Below the pieces are notes generated by a model. The model searched no databases. It was given only the letters and a program-made list of their open reading frames with translations, and was not told the origin of the DNA. 64,000 nucleotides of DNA, taken from the IMG/VR virus record IMGVR_UViG_3300020576_004352, positions 23,857 through 87,856 of that record; one strand, given 5' to 3'. Both the position numbers and the translations under genes were made by a program. Below, one piece after another: positions 8,670-19,100 of this stretch; position 1 is the first letter of the stretch, and every line of letters begins with the position of its first letter. The stretch is from a virus. Lineage: Duplodnaviria > Caudoviricetes.

Positions 8670-9914
8670 ATGACTATGTTAGTTGATCGTGCCGTCCTTT
8701 TGGCAAAAATTGAGACCACCTTTCGCACGGATGCCAGCCCCTCCGCCAGCACCGACGCTTTGCTGATCGGTGCCCCGGAATTTAACCTCGACATTAACCA
8801 GCTCTCCCGCGACAATGTGCGAGGTGATCTCTCTCCCCTCGCCACCTCTGCCGGACGTAAGACCGCCAGTGTCACCTTCACCCACGAGGTGCGCGGCTCT
8901 GGCAATGCAGACGGCACAGTGCCTCCGCGTATTGGTGCCCTGCTCCGCGCCTGTGGCATGGCCCAGACGCAGGTGACCGGTGCAGCCGGGACTATCGGCA
9001 CTCCCGTGGCCGGTGGCTCCAACGTAGGCACTCTGTCTTTCGCCAAGACTACAGCATATACGGGTTACATGCAGCGCACAGTCACCCTGACCTGCACGAC
9101 TGCCGGTGCCTCTGGTACTGCAAAGGTCACGGTGTCGGCCCCTGCATTGGGCGAGTTGCCCGCCGTCAATACCACGCTGGTGACGGTGACCACAGGCACC
9201 GCGATCACTCTTACGGATGGCGCACAGATCACCCCCACCCTTTCTGGTTCGCTCACTCTGGGTGACACATGGACAGTGGTGCTTACCCCCGCAGGGTATG
9301 AATACAGCCCTGTGTCCTCTGCCTTCGAGAGCGTCACGCTCTACTTGTACCGCGATGGTTTACTGCATAAGCTGACCGGCTGCCGGGGCACTTTCAGTGC
9401 GCAGAACACTGGTGGCGAGTACGGCATGTTCAGCTTCACCTTCACGGGCGACTATAACGCGGTGACGGACACTTCGATGGTCAGCCCGACTTATGAGACG
9501 CAGAAGCCTGTGCAGGTCGAACTGGCGCAGCTCACAGTGGGTGCATATACCAACTTTGCGGCAGCCGAGTTCACATTCGACATGGCCAATGATGTGCAAA
9601 TCCGTGAGGACGTGAATGCGGCTGAAGCATATGCAGGTGCGATCATCGTGGGGCGTGCTCCGGTAATCACCTTCAATCCTGAAGTTGTGCTTGAGGCCAC
9701 TCATCCGGTTTGGGGTGATCTGTCTGCCGGTACAGAGAAGGCATTCTCTGCCAAGGTGGGCAAGGTGAAGGGTAACGTGGTGCAGTTCAAGGCACCCAAT
9801 GTGCAATTCACGGGCGTTCAGTATGGGGATCGTAACAGCATCCTCACCTACGACATTACCATGAACTGCGCCCGCACCACGGGCAATGACGAAATCGCTT
9901 TGGCTTTCCGGTAA
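8670..9914 (+). CDS. Major tail tube protein with an internal extra beta domain
   Basis: LLAKIETT, ALLRACGM, SVTLYLYRDGLLHKLTGCRGTF, YGDRNSILTY tube motifs. Confidence 0.8.
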   Translation: MTMLVDRAVLLAKIETTFRTDASPSASTDALLIGAPEFNLDINQLSRDNVRGDLSPLATSAGRKTASVTFTHEVRGSGNADGTVPPRIGALLRACGMAQTQVTGAAGTIGTPVAGGSNVGTLSFAKTTAYTGYMQRTVTLTCTTAGASGTAKVTVSAPALGELPAVNTTLVTVTTGTAITLTDGAQITPTLSGSLTLGDTWTVVLTPAGYEYSPVSSAFESVTLYLYRDGLLHKLTGCRGTFSAQNTGGEYGMFSFTFTGDYNAVTDTSMVSPTYETQKPVQVELAQLTVGAYTNFAAAEFTFDMANDVQIREDVNAAEAYAGAIIVGRAPVITFNPEVVLEATHPVWGDLSAGTEKAFSAKVGKVKGNVVQFKAPNVQFTGVQYGDRNSILTYDITMNCARTTGNDEIALAFR

Positions 9915-9925
9915 GGAGATGTGCT

Positions 9926-10120
9926 GTGGGAAAAGGAAAATCCCCTGATAGGGGGGGTATCCGCGTGAAGGTTTATTTAGTCCTGCGGCGCGAGAATACC
10001 GTTAAAGACACACAGGCGCATGAGCGCATTGTTGCCGCTGCCTTGACCCGTGCAAGTGCGGAGGTTATACAAGGGGATCATGTGGGCTCTTATATCCACA
10101 AACTGATCGCAACCAAGTAG
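9926..10120 (+). CDS. Small hypothetical protein (start uncertain)
   Basis: ORF between tube and chaperone genes; AGGAG upstream of GTG 9926. Confidence 0.35.
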   Translation: MGKGKSPDRGGIRVKVYLVLRRENTVKDTQAHERIVAAALTRASAEVIQGDHVGSYIHKLIATK

Positions 10121-10141
10121 CAGCCTAGGAGGGCAGCAACC

Positions 10142-10567
10142 ATGTTACAAGCAATCAATCTCGCCAAGACCATTGAGTATCAGAGCGACCGTGATCCAGC
10201 CAAGGGCACGGAAAACGCCACGGTCTTTGTGCTCGGCGCTTTGTCGTCTCGGGTAGCGTCTACCATCCGCGACAAGTCCACCCGCTTCAGCGGTGACTTG
10301 GGTAAGGTAGAAGGCATGACCACAGAGCTCCGCATGAACGAGACTGCCTTTGAGCTTGTCCGGTTTGGCCTTCGCGGCTTCCGCAATTATCAAGCAGCTG
10401 ATGGCACCTTGGTGGAGTTCAAGACCGAGGAAGTGCAGATCGGCACGACTATCATGAAGGTGGTCGCCAAGGAAATCATGGACGTGATTGATCTTGAAAC
10501 GATCCGTGAACTGGCCGAGGCCGTTGGCAAGGTCAGTGGCTTTGAGGAAGCCGACACAAAAAAATAA
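10142..10567 (+). CDS. Tail assembly chaperone (gpG equivalent)
   Basis: Position between tube and tape measure; ends in slippery ACA AAA AAA TAA. Confidence 0.75.
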   Translation: MLQAINLAKTIEYQSDRDPAKGTENATVFVLGALSSRVASTIRDKSTRFSGDLGKVEGMTTELRMNETAFELVRFGLRGFRNYQAADGTLVEFKTEEVQIGTTIMKVVAKEIMDVIDLETIRELAEAVGKVSGFEEADTKK

Positions 10568-10935
10568 GACAGGTAGTCCTTTCTCTCATACTTCTTCCGA
10601 AGTGGGATTGCGCTACCTGCACCGACAGTCACAAGATAGAGCGCGGCTGCACCACGGACGCGCTTATTCCTCAGGAGATAGATGGGCGGCAGCTGACGCG
10701 CTGCCCCCGTCGCCCTCTGATCGACGACCCTGCTTTATTTGACGAGGCTTTTGAAGTATACTCGTGGTATAAAAAGGGGCACCTGCCGGAGAGTGGTGGG
10801 TGGGAGGAGCAATCCGCAGCATTCGTGCAGCTTGTCAGGACTATGGATTTGGCGACAAACGACGCCAATAAACTAGCCGAAAAGCGCAGAGAGCAGATGG
10901 AGAAAACCAAGATCAATAAACCGAGGGTGCGGTAA
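10558..10935 (+). CDS. -1 frameshift extension of the tail chaperone (gpGT equivalent); absent from the ORF track
   Basis: A-AAA-AAA heptamer at 10558-10564; -1 frame reads KKIRQVVLSLILLPKWDCATC...RCPRRPL...INKPRVR, stop 10933-10935 overlaps tape-measure ATG; no early start codon of its own. Confidence 0.8.
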   Translation, partial: KKIRQVVLSLILLPKWDCATCTDSHKIERGCTTDALIPQEIDGRQLTRCPRRPLIDDPALFDEAFEVYSWYKKGHLPESGGWEEQSAAFVQLVRTMDLATNDANKLAEKRREQMEKTKINKPRVR

Positions 10936-13637
10936 TGGGCAATAGAGACCTTCAGTTCGTTCTTCGCTTCAAAAGTGAAGCAACAGGGGTTCTGACTGCC
11001 GCTCGGCAAGAGATGCAGAAGCTGGCGCAGCAGGCCGTTGCCGCTAGTGCAGCCCTTCAAAAGCTAAATGCCTCTGCCGGTACCTTCAAATCAAATATTG
11101 CGACTTCAGCCAATGCAGCCTCACAGGCAGCTATGGCACAGCAGAAGCTGGCAAATCAGTCGCAGCGCCTTGCTCTTGATACACAGAAGCTGGCACAGCA
11201 GCAGCAAGCCCTTGTTCTAAACGAGCAGCGCCTTGAGTTGCAGTCGCAGCGGCTTGCTCTAGCTGAAGAGCGTTTGACTAATCAGCGCACGCGCATGGTG
11301 CAGTCAAACCGCAATCTGGCCACGTCTTTCCTCGGCCTCGGCCGATCCATGTTCCCGGTACTGTCCACACTGAGCGCCGGTGTGGTGGTAGGCGGTATCA
11401 TTCAAATGTCAGACACATGGAAGCAGCTCACGGGCCGCTTGCAGATCGTATCAAGCAGCATGGCGGAAGTAACTCTACGCCAAAACCAGCTCTTTGAGAT
11501 TGCGCAGCGCACCGGGCAGCCTCTGGCCAATATCACTGACCTGTACACGCGCTTGAATAACTCCATTGATCCGGCTAAGCGTGCGCAGTATGACTTGCTT
11601 GGCGTAACTGAGACGGTAGCAAAGGCCTTGGCCATTACCGGTGAAGGCTCGGCGCAGGCCGCGAGTGCTATCCTTCAGTTCTCACAGGCCGTAGGCAGCG
11701 ACTTCAAAGCCTCTTCACAGGAAATCAACTCGCTGTTGGATAGCGCCCCGCGTTTGGCGCAGGCTATTCAGCGGTCAATAGGCGACGGCACAAAGAGCTT
11801 GAAGCAGCTTGCGGAGGCAGGCCAGCTTTCGCGCAAGAATGTGCTTGAAGCTCTTTCCTCTATCGGTTCACAGGGGCAGCAGATCGCCCGTGAATTTGAG
11901 AAAATTCCCATGACGGTGGGCCGCGCCTTCACTGAGCTGCGCAATAGCCTGATTAAGTTCATTGGCGAGAATGGCAAGGTGTTGGCAGTTACCAATGCCC
12001 TCGCTTCAGCCATTATCTTTTTGGCGGATAACTTGGATACGATCACGACTGCCATAGCGGCGGTGGCGGCGGTTATCACTGCCCGTCTGGTATCTGCCCT
12101 TGTAGCCAGTGCAGCGGGCTGGATTGCTAATACTGCACAGATTGTTCTTTATCAGATCGCTCTCGGACGCATGGCGGGCTACTCTACCGCAGCGGCCACG
12201 GGGCTTGTCGCTCTAGGGGGTGCCGCTACTATTCTTGGCCGAGCACTTGCTCTAGTCGGCGGGCCTATTGGCCTTGCCGCTTTGCTCGTGGTGGCCTCCT
12301 ATGGTGCTCACGCCAGCCAAGCAGCAGGGAGACAAGCAGCCCTTAACAAGATCGTTGGTGAGTATGCCAGCAAGGCACAGTCTATGACTAATGCCAGCGC
12401 CGCGCAGCGCCGGGCTTTCCTTGAGGATAGTCGCGCCAAGATCAATGCCATGATTGGTGAGGTTAATGCGCTGGCTGGGCTGATCCAAAGCTATGAAGCC
12501 CTTGGCGGTGTTGGAAAGTTTTTCAACAGCCTTGGCCAGCAACTAGGGTTAAGTCCTGACATTATCACAGCAAAAGAGCAGTATATCCAGCTCACGTCCG
12601 CGATTGAGAAGATGATGGCTGTGCGTGAGGGTATCAAGAATAGCTCAGGCGGTGATAACGGCGCTGCTGAGCTTAGCAAGAAGCAGGCGGATACGATCAA
12701 GCAGGTGATTGAGGGCTTGCAGGATGAAAGCATGGCTCTTGACCTGCAAATTAAATACTATGGCCAGAAAGAAGATGCCGTGCGCCGGGCACGCAAAGAG
12801 CAGGAGATTGCCACTGCCTTTATGCGCAATGGTGTTCAATGGACAGCCGCCCTTTCAAAAGAGATTGGTGGTTACCTTGATATGCTGGATTTGCAGCACG
12901 AGCGGTTTAAGAAGCTGGAGGATTTGGCCCATAACGATTTTTGGGCGGGCCTACAGAAAGCTGCAAAAGACATGCAGGAGAACATGAAGGGCGCTGGTGA
13001 CCTTGCTGCGGACGTGTTCAATAAAGGCACTGAGAGCATTTCAAGTGTACTGTCTGACTTTGTTAGCGGCAGCCTGAATAGCTTTGATGACCTTCGCAAA
13101 GGCATTGGTAGTATCTTGACTGATATTGCCGGGCAGATTGCTCAGTTTGTTATCCAGCAGCAGATCATAAAGCCGCTATTGAATAGTATCTTTGGGGCTT
13201 TTGGTGTTTCAACACCCGCGTCAACCGGAAGCGTGACAGTGGCCAATGCTCACGGCAATGCCTTTGCCAATGGCCGAGTGGCCATGTTCGCCAAGGGCGG
13301 TGTAGTTAATCAGGCGACCGCGTTCCCCATGCGTGGCGGTACCGGCGTGATGGGTGAGGCCGGGCCGGAGGCTGTGATGCCTCTGCGTCGTCTCTCCAAT
13401 GGTGACCTTGGGGTGCAGTCTGCCAGTGGCGGGGGCGGAAACACACAGCTCAATTACAGCCCGAACTTCAGCTTTCAGATCGACGGGGGCAACAGACAGG
13501 GTGGCACAGACCGAACCGCCTCTGATGCTCTGTATAAGCAGCTCGACAATGAAGTGCAGAAAACCGTACTCGCGGTGATCCAGCGTGAGCAGCGTCCCGG
13601 TGGTTCTCTGGCTGGTGGCAAAGGGAGGACTGTCTGA
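10935..13637 (+). CDS. Tail tape measure protein
   Basis: DTWKQLTGRL, AILQFSQA, EINSLLDSAPRL N-terminal domain; lambda-type C-terminal FAKGGVV...GEAGPEAVMPL. Confidence 0.92.
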   Translation: MGNRDLQFVLRFKSEATGVLTAARQEMQKLAQQAVAASAALQKLNASAGTFKSNIATSANAASQAAMAQQKLANQSQRLALDTQKLAQQQQALVLNEQRLELQSQRLALAEERLTNQRTRMVQSNRNLATSFLGLGRSMFPVLSTLSAGVVVGGIIQMSDTWKQLTGRLQIVSSSMAEVTLRQNQLFEIAQRTGQPLANITDLYTRLNNSIDPAKRAQYDLLGVTETVAKALAITGEGSAQAASAILQFSQAVGSDFKASSQEINSLLDSAPRLAQAIQRSIGDGTKSLKQLAEAGQLSRKNVLEALSSIGSQGQQIAREFEKIPMTVGRAFTELRNSLIKFIGENGKVLAVTNALASAIIFLADNLDTITTAIAAVAAVITARLVSALVASAAGWIANTAQIVLYQIALGRMAGYSTAAATGLVALGGAATILGRALALVGGPIGLAALLVVASYGAHASQAAGRQAALNKIVGEYASKAQSMTNASAAQRRAFLEDSRAKINAMIGEVNALAGLIQSYEALGGVGKFFNSLGQQLGLSPDIITAKEQYIQLTSAIEKMMAVREGIKNSSGGDNGAAELSKKQADTIKQVIEGLQDESMALDLQIKYYGQKEDAVRRARKEQEIATAFMRNGVQWTAALSKEIGGYLDMLDLQHERFKKLEDLAHNDFWAGLQKAAKDMQENMKGAGDLAADVFNKGTESISSVLSDFVSGSLNSFDDLRKGIGSILTDIAGQIAQFVIQQQIIKPLLNSIFGAFGVSTPASTGSVTVANAHGNAFANGRVAMFAKGGVVNQATAFPMRGGTGVMGEAGPEAVMPLRRLSNGDLGVQSASGGGGNTQLNYSPNFSFQIDGGNRQGGTDRTASDALYKQLDNEVQKTVLAVIQREQRPGGSLAGGKGRTV

Positions 13638-13981
13638 TGGATATTTTACCCGCGTACCCATCCCCCGATACGGGCATTGATCGCACCAGTAAGCCGAACA
13701 TCAAAGAGGTCAAGTACGGGGACGGCTATTCGCAGCGGCTGGCCATTGGTATCAATCAGGCTCCGGTAGCAATCAATCTGTCCTACAGCAATATCAGCAC
13801 CGCAGAAAAGTTGACGCTCGAGAACTTTATAAAAGCGCATTCATCCGGCCAAGCCATTCTCTGGGCAATGCCGGATGAGTACCTGCAACGGAAGTGGTTC
13901 ATAAGCGACTGGACGATAACGTATGTGAAGTACGGCATCTTCAGCGTTAAGATCGGCCTGCAAGAGGTATTTGACGTATGA
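13637..13981 (+). CDS. Distal tail protein (lambda gpM-like)
   Basis: VKYGDGYSQR..GIN motif. Confidence 0.85.
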   Translation: MDILPAYPSPDTGIDRTSKPNIKEVKYGDGYSQRLAIGINQAPVAINLSYSNISTAEKLTLENFIKAHSSGQAILWAMPDEYLQRKWFISDWTITYVKYGIFSVKIGLQEVFDV

Positions 13982-14778
13982 CACTAAACCCAAAGGTGAT
14001 GCAGGAGGCCCTCAAGTTCACGCCTGACAAGGTGGTGACCTTGTTTGACCTTGACCTTACTGAACTCGGAGGCCCTGTATTCCACTTCACCCCTAATATT
14101 TTGTCAGGCGGCGAGCCGGTTTTGAATGAAGACGGCAGCCCGGTTTTAGATGAGAACGGGCACGCGGTATCCACAGAGGGTGAGGGCGTTGAGTTTGTCA
14201 CTTGGCGCGGTAACCCGTATTTCCCTCTGCCGATAGAGGCCAGTGGATTTGAGATGAACAGCAGCGGGCAGCTCCCCCGGCCAAAGCTCACAGTGGCCAA
14301 TGTGCTGAACCTGATTAAGCCGGAGATGATCGCCTACAACAACTTCGTAGGGGCCACGGTCACCCGGTGGCGCACGTTTGCGAAACACCTCGACAGCGGA
14401 AGTGACCCGGACAGTGAGGTCTATTTTCCTCTCGACGTATACAAGGTTGACCGCAAGTCCGGCGAGAACAATGTAATGGTCGAGTTTGAGCTGGCCACGT
14501 CTCTTGACCAAGAGGGTATGCAGCTACCGCGACGCCAGATCATCCGCTCGGCCTGCACACACAGGTATCGGGTCTGGGATGAGGCCACGGGCACTTTTGA
14601 TTATAGCCGTGCCACCTGCCCCTATGTGGGCACCAATTATTTCAACACCAACGGGGAGCCGGTGGGTACACCACAAGAGGACATGCCGTCAAAGCAGGTC
14701 AACACCTGCTGCAAGTTACGCTTCCCCAATCAGGCGCTGCCCACTCGTGCCTTCCCCGGCGTAGGGAGGTTCAGATAA
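13978..14778 (+). CDS. Tail tip protein (lambda gpL-like, Cys cluster for Fe-S)
   Basis: LFDLDLTELGG..FHF, PIEASGFE, PRPKLTVAN, LPRRQI...C..RY...CPY...CC. Confidence 0.9.
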   Translation: MTLNPKVMQEALKFTPDKVVTLFDLDLTELGGPVFHFTPNILSGGEPVLNEDGSPVLDENGHAVSTEGEGVEFVTWRGNPYFPLPIEASGFEMNSSGQLPRPKLTVANVLNLIKPEMIAYNNFVGATVTRWRTFAKHLDSGSDPDSEVYFPLDVYKVDRKSGENNVMVEFELATSLDQEGMQLPRRQIIRSACTHRYRVWDEATGTFDYSRATCPYVGTNYFNTNGEPVGTPQEDMPSKQVNTCCKLRFPNQALPTRAFPGVGRFR

Positions 14779-15500
14779 TGATACCGGTTGAAGTTGCACA
14801 GGCTGCCGTACAGCACGCACTCGCAGAGTATCCGCGTGAGGCGTGTGGTCTTGTGCTGAATAACAACGAGTATGTGCCCATGAGAAACGTGCATGAGCAT
14901 CCGAAGAATAACTTTCGGATGGCTATGGACGCCTTCAAAACACACTATCTCACGGGCAATGTAACTGCACTGATCCACTCGCATACCGGGCCTGATAATC
15001 CGTACCCCTCACAACAGGATATGACCGCACAGCAGAGTATGGGACTGCCTTGGGGCATCATCCATATTAATGAGGTCAAGGACATTGATGGCCCGTTCTT
15101 CTTCGGGGACAGCCTGCCTATAGCGCCCTTCGTGGGTCGCAGTTTCCGCCCGAATGTGCATGACTGCTACACGCTGCTTCGGGATGTTTACCGCCAAGAG
15201 CTGGGGGTAGTTCTTCCCATAGCCCCTCGCGAAGCTGAGTGGTGGCGGAACAAACAGGACTTGCTGAGCCAGAACTTTGCCAAGGCAGGATTTGTGCGGG
15301 TCGACGCCAGCCAGATAATTAAAAACGATGTGATGCTGTGCCGGGTGAACTCGCCACGAGATAATCCTGTCGCAAATCATGTGGTCATTATCAGGGACAA
15401 TGGGTTGGTACTCCACCACCTATCAAACCGACTTTCCCGGCACGACCCTTATATACAATGGCGCAATACCGCGATAAGTTATATTCGGTATAAGGGGTGA
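14778..15500 (+). CDS. Tail assembly protein K (JAB/MPN + NlpC/P60)
   Basis: EYPREACG, IHSHT..NPYPSQQD JAB motif; DCYTLLRD and NHVVI...LHH NlpC motifs. Confidence 0.9.
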   Translation: MIPVEVAQAAVQHALAEYPREACGLVLNNNEYVPMRNVHEHPKNNFRMAMDAFKTHYLTGNVTALIHSHTGPDNPYPSQQDMTAQQSMGLPWGIIHINEVKDIDGPFFFGDSLPIAPFVGRSFRPNVHDCYTLLRDVYRQELGVVLPIAPREAEWWRNKQDLLSQNFAKAGFVRVDASQIIKNDVMLCRVNSPRDNPVANHVVIIRDNGLVLHHLSNRLSRHDPYIQWRNTAISYIRYKG

Positions 15501-15503
15501 ACC

Positions 15504-16154
15504 ATGCGGCAGCTTTTTTTATATGGCGAACTTGCTGAGCAGTACGGCCCGAGCTTCACTGTGCGGGCCAATACTGTTGTGGCCGCTGTGCGGCTCATGG
15601 AAGCGAATTTCAAGGGCAAGTTCATGCGGGGCATCATTGACGGCACCTATAGGGTTGTCGCCGGTAACTCCATTGATGACGAACACGCCATTCACTTTGA
15701 TAACGAGCTGGTGCGCAAAGGATTGAACCTCGGTTCAAAAGACCTCCACATCATTCCGGTTCCCGCAGGATCGGGGGGCAGCTTTCGTATTGTTCTCGGC
15801 ATAGCTCTGATAGCAGCAGCCTTCGCGTTTGCTCCGGCAGCGGTGATGAGTGCAGCAGGTACTGCCAGCACGACTGCCACCTTCGGGGTGGAATTAGGTA
15901 CGGGCTTTCTGTCTTTTCAGACGATGGCCATGTTCGGTGCGTCTCTTGCCCTTGGCGGCATCGCCTCACTGCTCACGCCTGTGGCCAAGGTGGGAGATTA
16001 CTCGAGCCGGGAGACTTCGGACGAGCGAGCCTCCTACCTGTTCAACGGCGCTGTAAACCGGGTTGAGCAGGGCGGGCCAGTGCCCCTTATCTACGGGCGG
16101 ATGCGGACAGGCAGCGTGGTTATATCTGGTGGTATCAAGAATGAGGATATTTAA
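15504..16154 (+). CDS. Tail assembly protein I (N-terminal ubiquitin-like fold)
   Basis: LYGELAEQYG, LHIIPVPAGSGG, SYLFNGAVN...QGGPVPLIYG. Confidence 0.88.
   Translation: MRQLFLYGELAEQYGPSFTVRANTVVAAVRLMEANFKGKFMRGIIDGTYRVVAGNSIDDEHAIHFDNELVRKGLNLGSKDLHIIPVPAGSGGSFRIVLGIALIAAAFAFAPAAVMSAAGTASTTATFGVELGTGFLSFQTMAMFGASLALGGIASLLTPVAKVGDYSSRETSDERASYLFNGAVNRVEQGGPVPLIYGRMRTGSVVISGGIKNEDI
15724..15737. promoter_or_regulatory. Palindromic site TGAACCTCGGTTCA
   Basis: Inside gene I. Confidence 0.6.
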
Positions 16155-16157
16155 GGA

Positions 16158-19100
16158 ATGGATGGATCGTCTAGCCCTATGATACCTCGCCCTCAAGGCT
16201 CCGGTGGTGGCTGCTTCCGGGCGGGCACTCGCGTATCCACACTGGATGGCAGCAAGCCTATCGAGAGCCTGAAGGTAGGCGATCAGGTCTATGCCTATGA
16301 CCAACAGGGGCGGATGCGTACAGGCGAGATTTCTGAAGTCCACCAGCACGAGAATGAAGCCCTGCTGCGCATGGAGTTCTGGGGCGGTGTAATTTTCGTT
16401 ACGCCTAATCACTGGATGCAAAATTCAGCGGGCAGCTTCACTGAGGCGGGCACGCTCACCACACATGATGCGCTGGTAGACATTAGAGGCCACCTGCGCC
16501 CGATCCACAGCATCACCCCTATTGAGCCCGAGACAGTCTATAACCTAACTGTCTTGCCGCACCACACGTTCATCGCGGACGGTATTCGCGTGCATAATGG
16601 AGGCGGCGGTAAAGGCGGGGGAAGCGCCCGCGCTGCGGTAGAGGCCCCGAATACATTACGCTCGAATGCCACGGCCCGTGTGCTTGATCTGATCGGTGAA
16701 GGCCCAATTGGTGGATTGGTGAATGGTGCGCAGTCAATTTTCTTTGACGATACACCTCTCGAAAATGCTGATGGCAGCTACAATTTTAAGGGAGTAGTTT
16801 GGGATATCCGCCACGGGTATCCTGACCAAGACCCCATGTCCGGCTTTGATGAGGTGGAGGCAGAGACTACCGTTGAAACTGCCGTGACCCGTCAGCTCGG
16901 CTCCATTGTGCGGCAGGTGAGCGAGGCGGACGCAGATGCCTGCCGTATCCGTATCCGTATCCCCTCGCTTACTTTGCAGGACACCACTACGGGCGACATG
17001 AAGCCCACGAGTGTGGAGATCAAGATCGAGGTGAAACCCTCCAATGGAGAGTACCGAGATGTGACCTTCGTCTATAACGAGGTGGAGCGCACAGGACAGA
17101 CTACCACAGTCAACAATGCAGTGGGCTTCCGGCTGGTGGTGAAAAAGCGTGTGCTGGTCAAACTTAACAGCCCTTCCTCTGTGACACTGGAGGCTCGCTA
17201 CCGGAAGTCGGGTGCCGCCAGCTGGATCAGTCTGGGTGCCCGCACAGTGAGCGCGATCATTGGCAGCGTGGCCGACATTGCCACGGCTGACGGGTATATT
17301 GATGGGCAGCCTGCCTATTATCACACCTTCACCACAACATACTCGTTGCTTGATCTGGGGGCCAACTCTTATGAGATCGGACTGGTGCAGGGAGACGAGA
17401 TCGTTTCGTTTGTCGCGTATACCCGTAGCAACTTGCTGGTTGAGGGCAAGAATACCGCACCCACTGAAAAGTCATACCGGTTTGACCTTCCCGGAACCGG
17501 CCCGTGGCTGGTACGGCTTAGCCGCATAACGCCTGACAGCGACAGTGCCACCTTACAAAACCAAACCGTATGGGTGTCCTACACCACTATCATTGCTGAC
17601 AAGTTCATCTACCCGGACAGCGCATATATTGGCCTATCTGTTAATGCCTCCCTGTTCGGCAACAGCATTCCCGCCCGCGCATATGACGTATATGGGCGTG
17701 AGGTTCTGGTGCCTCTGAATTATGATCCGTTGCTGCGCATCTATACCGGCTTCTGGGATGGCACGTTCAAGCAGGCGTGGACTGATAACCCAGCATGGTG
17801 CTTTCTCGATATGCTGACCAATGACCGGTTCGGGTTGGGTGATCGTATTGATCTTGATGCAGTCGACACCGCCAAGCTCTATGAGATATCGCAGTACTGT
17901 GATGAGCTGGTGCCGGACGGCTACGGCGGATTTGAACCCCGGTTCACCTTGAACTGTGTGATTAACACACAGGCGGATGCCTACCAAGTATTGAACAGCA
18001 TGGTGTCAAACTTCTGGGGCATGGTCTACCAGTCTGCTGGGGCAGTGGCCTTCGGCATTGACGCCCCTCGTGAGGCGGACGTGATCGTGGGCCGGGCCAA
18101 CGTGGTTGATGGTGAGTTCAATTACTCGAGCTCGGGTGACCGGGCACGGCACAACTCTGTGCTGGTGACATGGAATAACCCCAACGACGGTGACCGTACC
18201 GATATCGAAGTGGTTGAGGATAACGCGGACATTTCTGCCCGTGGTCTGCGCCAGACAGACGTTTACGCCTTCGGATGTAAATCCCGTGGGCAGGCAAGCC
18301 GGTACGGAAAGCGGCTCTTGTACACTGAGAAATATGAGCAGGAGACGGTCACTTATCGCTGCGGCCTTGATCATCTGAATGTGGTGCCGGGCATGGTGAT
18401 TGGTCTTGTCGATCCCAAGGTAGCGGGAGCCGAATTTGCAGGCCGCACACTAGTTGTCGGAGGCAGCCCTATCGCATCTGAAGATGGCGGTGATATTCTG
18501 CTGGAGAATGAAAACCCGCTTCTGATGAACGATCCCACAGTGGTGACACTTGATCGGCCTGTCACTCTGGCAACGGGGCATACCTATGAACTGAATGTGG
18601 TGGACGACACAGGTGCTCTCCAGACCCGTGCTATTACCACCACGTCCGGTCAGACAGTGTCCACCTTGCAGATCAACACAGCCTTCGACCCGCAGCCCAC
18701 AGAGGGCCGCATGTGGAGCATCAGTGGCACGGATGTTGAGCCGCGCCTGTTCCGCATTACGACCATCGTTGAGGTTGAGGGTTATATGTTTGAGGTGACC
18801 GGCGTAGAGTATAACCCGGCAAAGCATGATTATATTGATCGTGACTTCAAGCTGAGCCCGGTCAATTTCAGTCGCCTGTTCTCGGGTAAGGTGCTCCCTC
18901 CCGAGAACCTTGATATTGTAGAGACGTTATTCAAAACCAACGGCGTGCTGCGCACCCGCGTAAATGTGGGCTGGAGCACGCCAACTGATACCCGAGTGAC
19001 CATATTCCGGGTACAGTACGGCCTCAGTAATGGTGGGCTCTCGCGGGAGCTGCTGACACGAGATACCTCTGTTGAGCTGGACGATCTTGAGCCGGGAACC

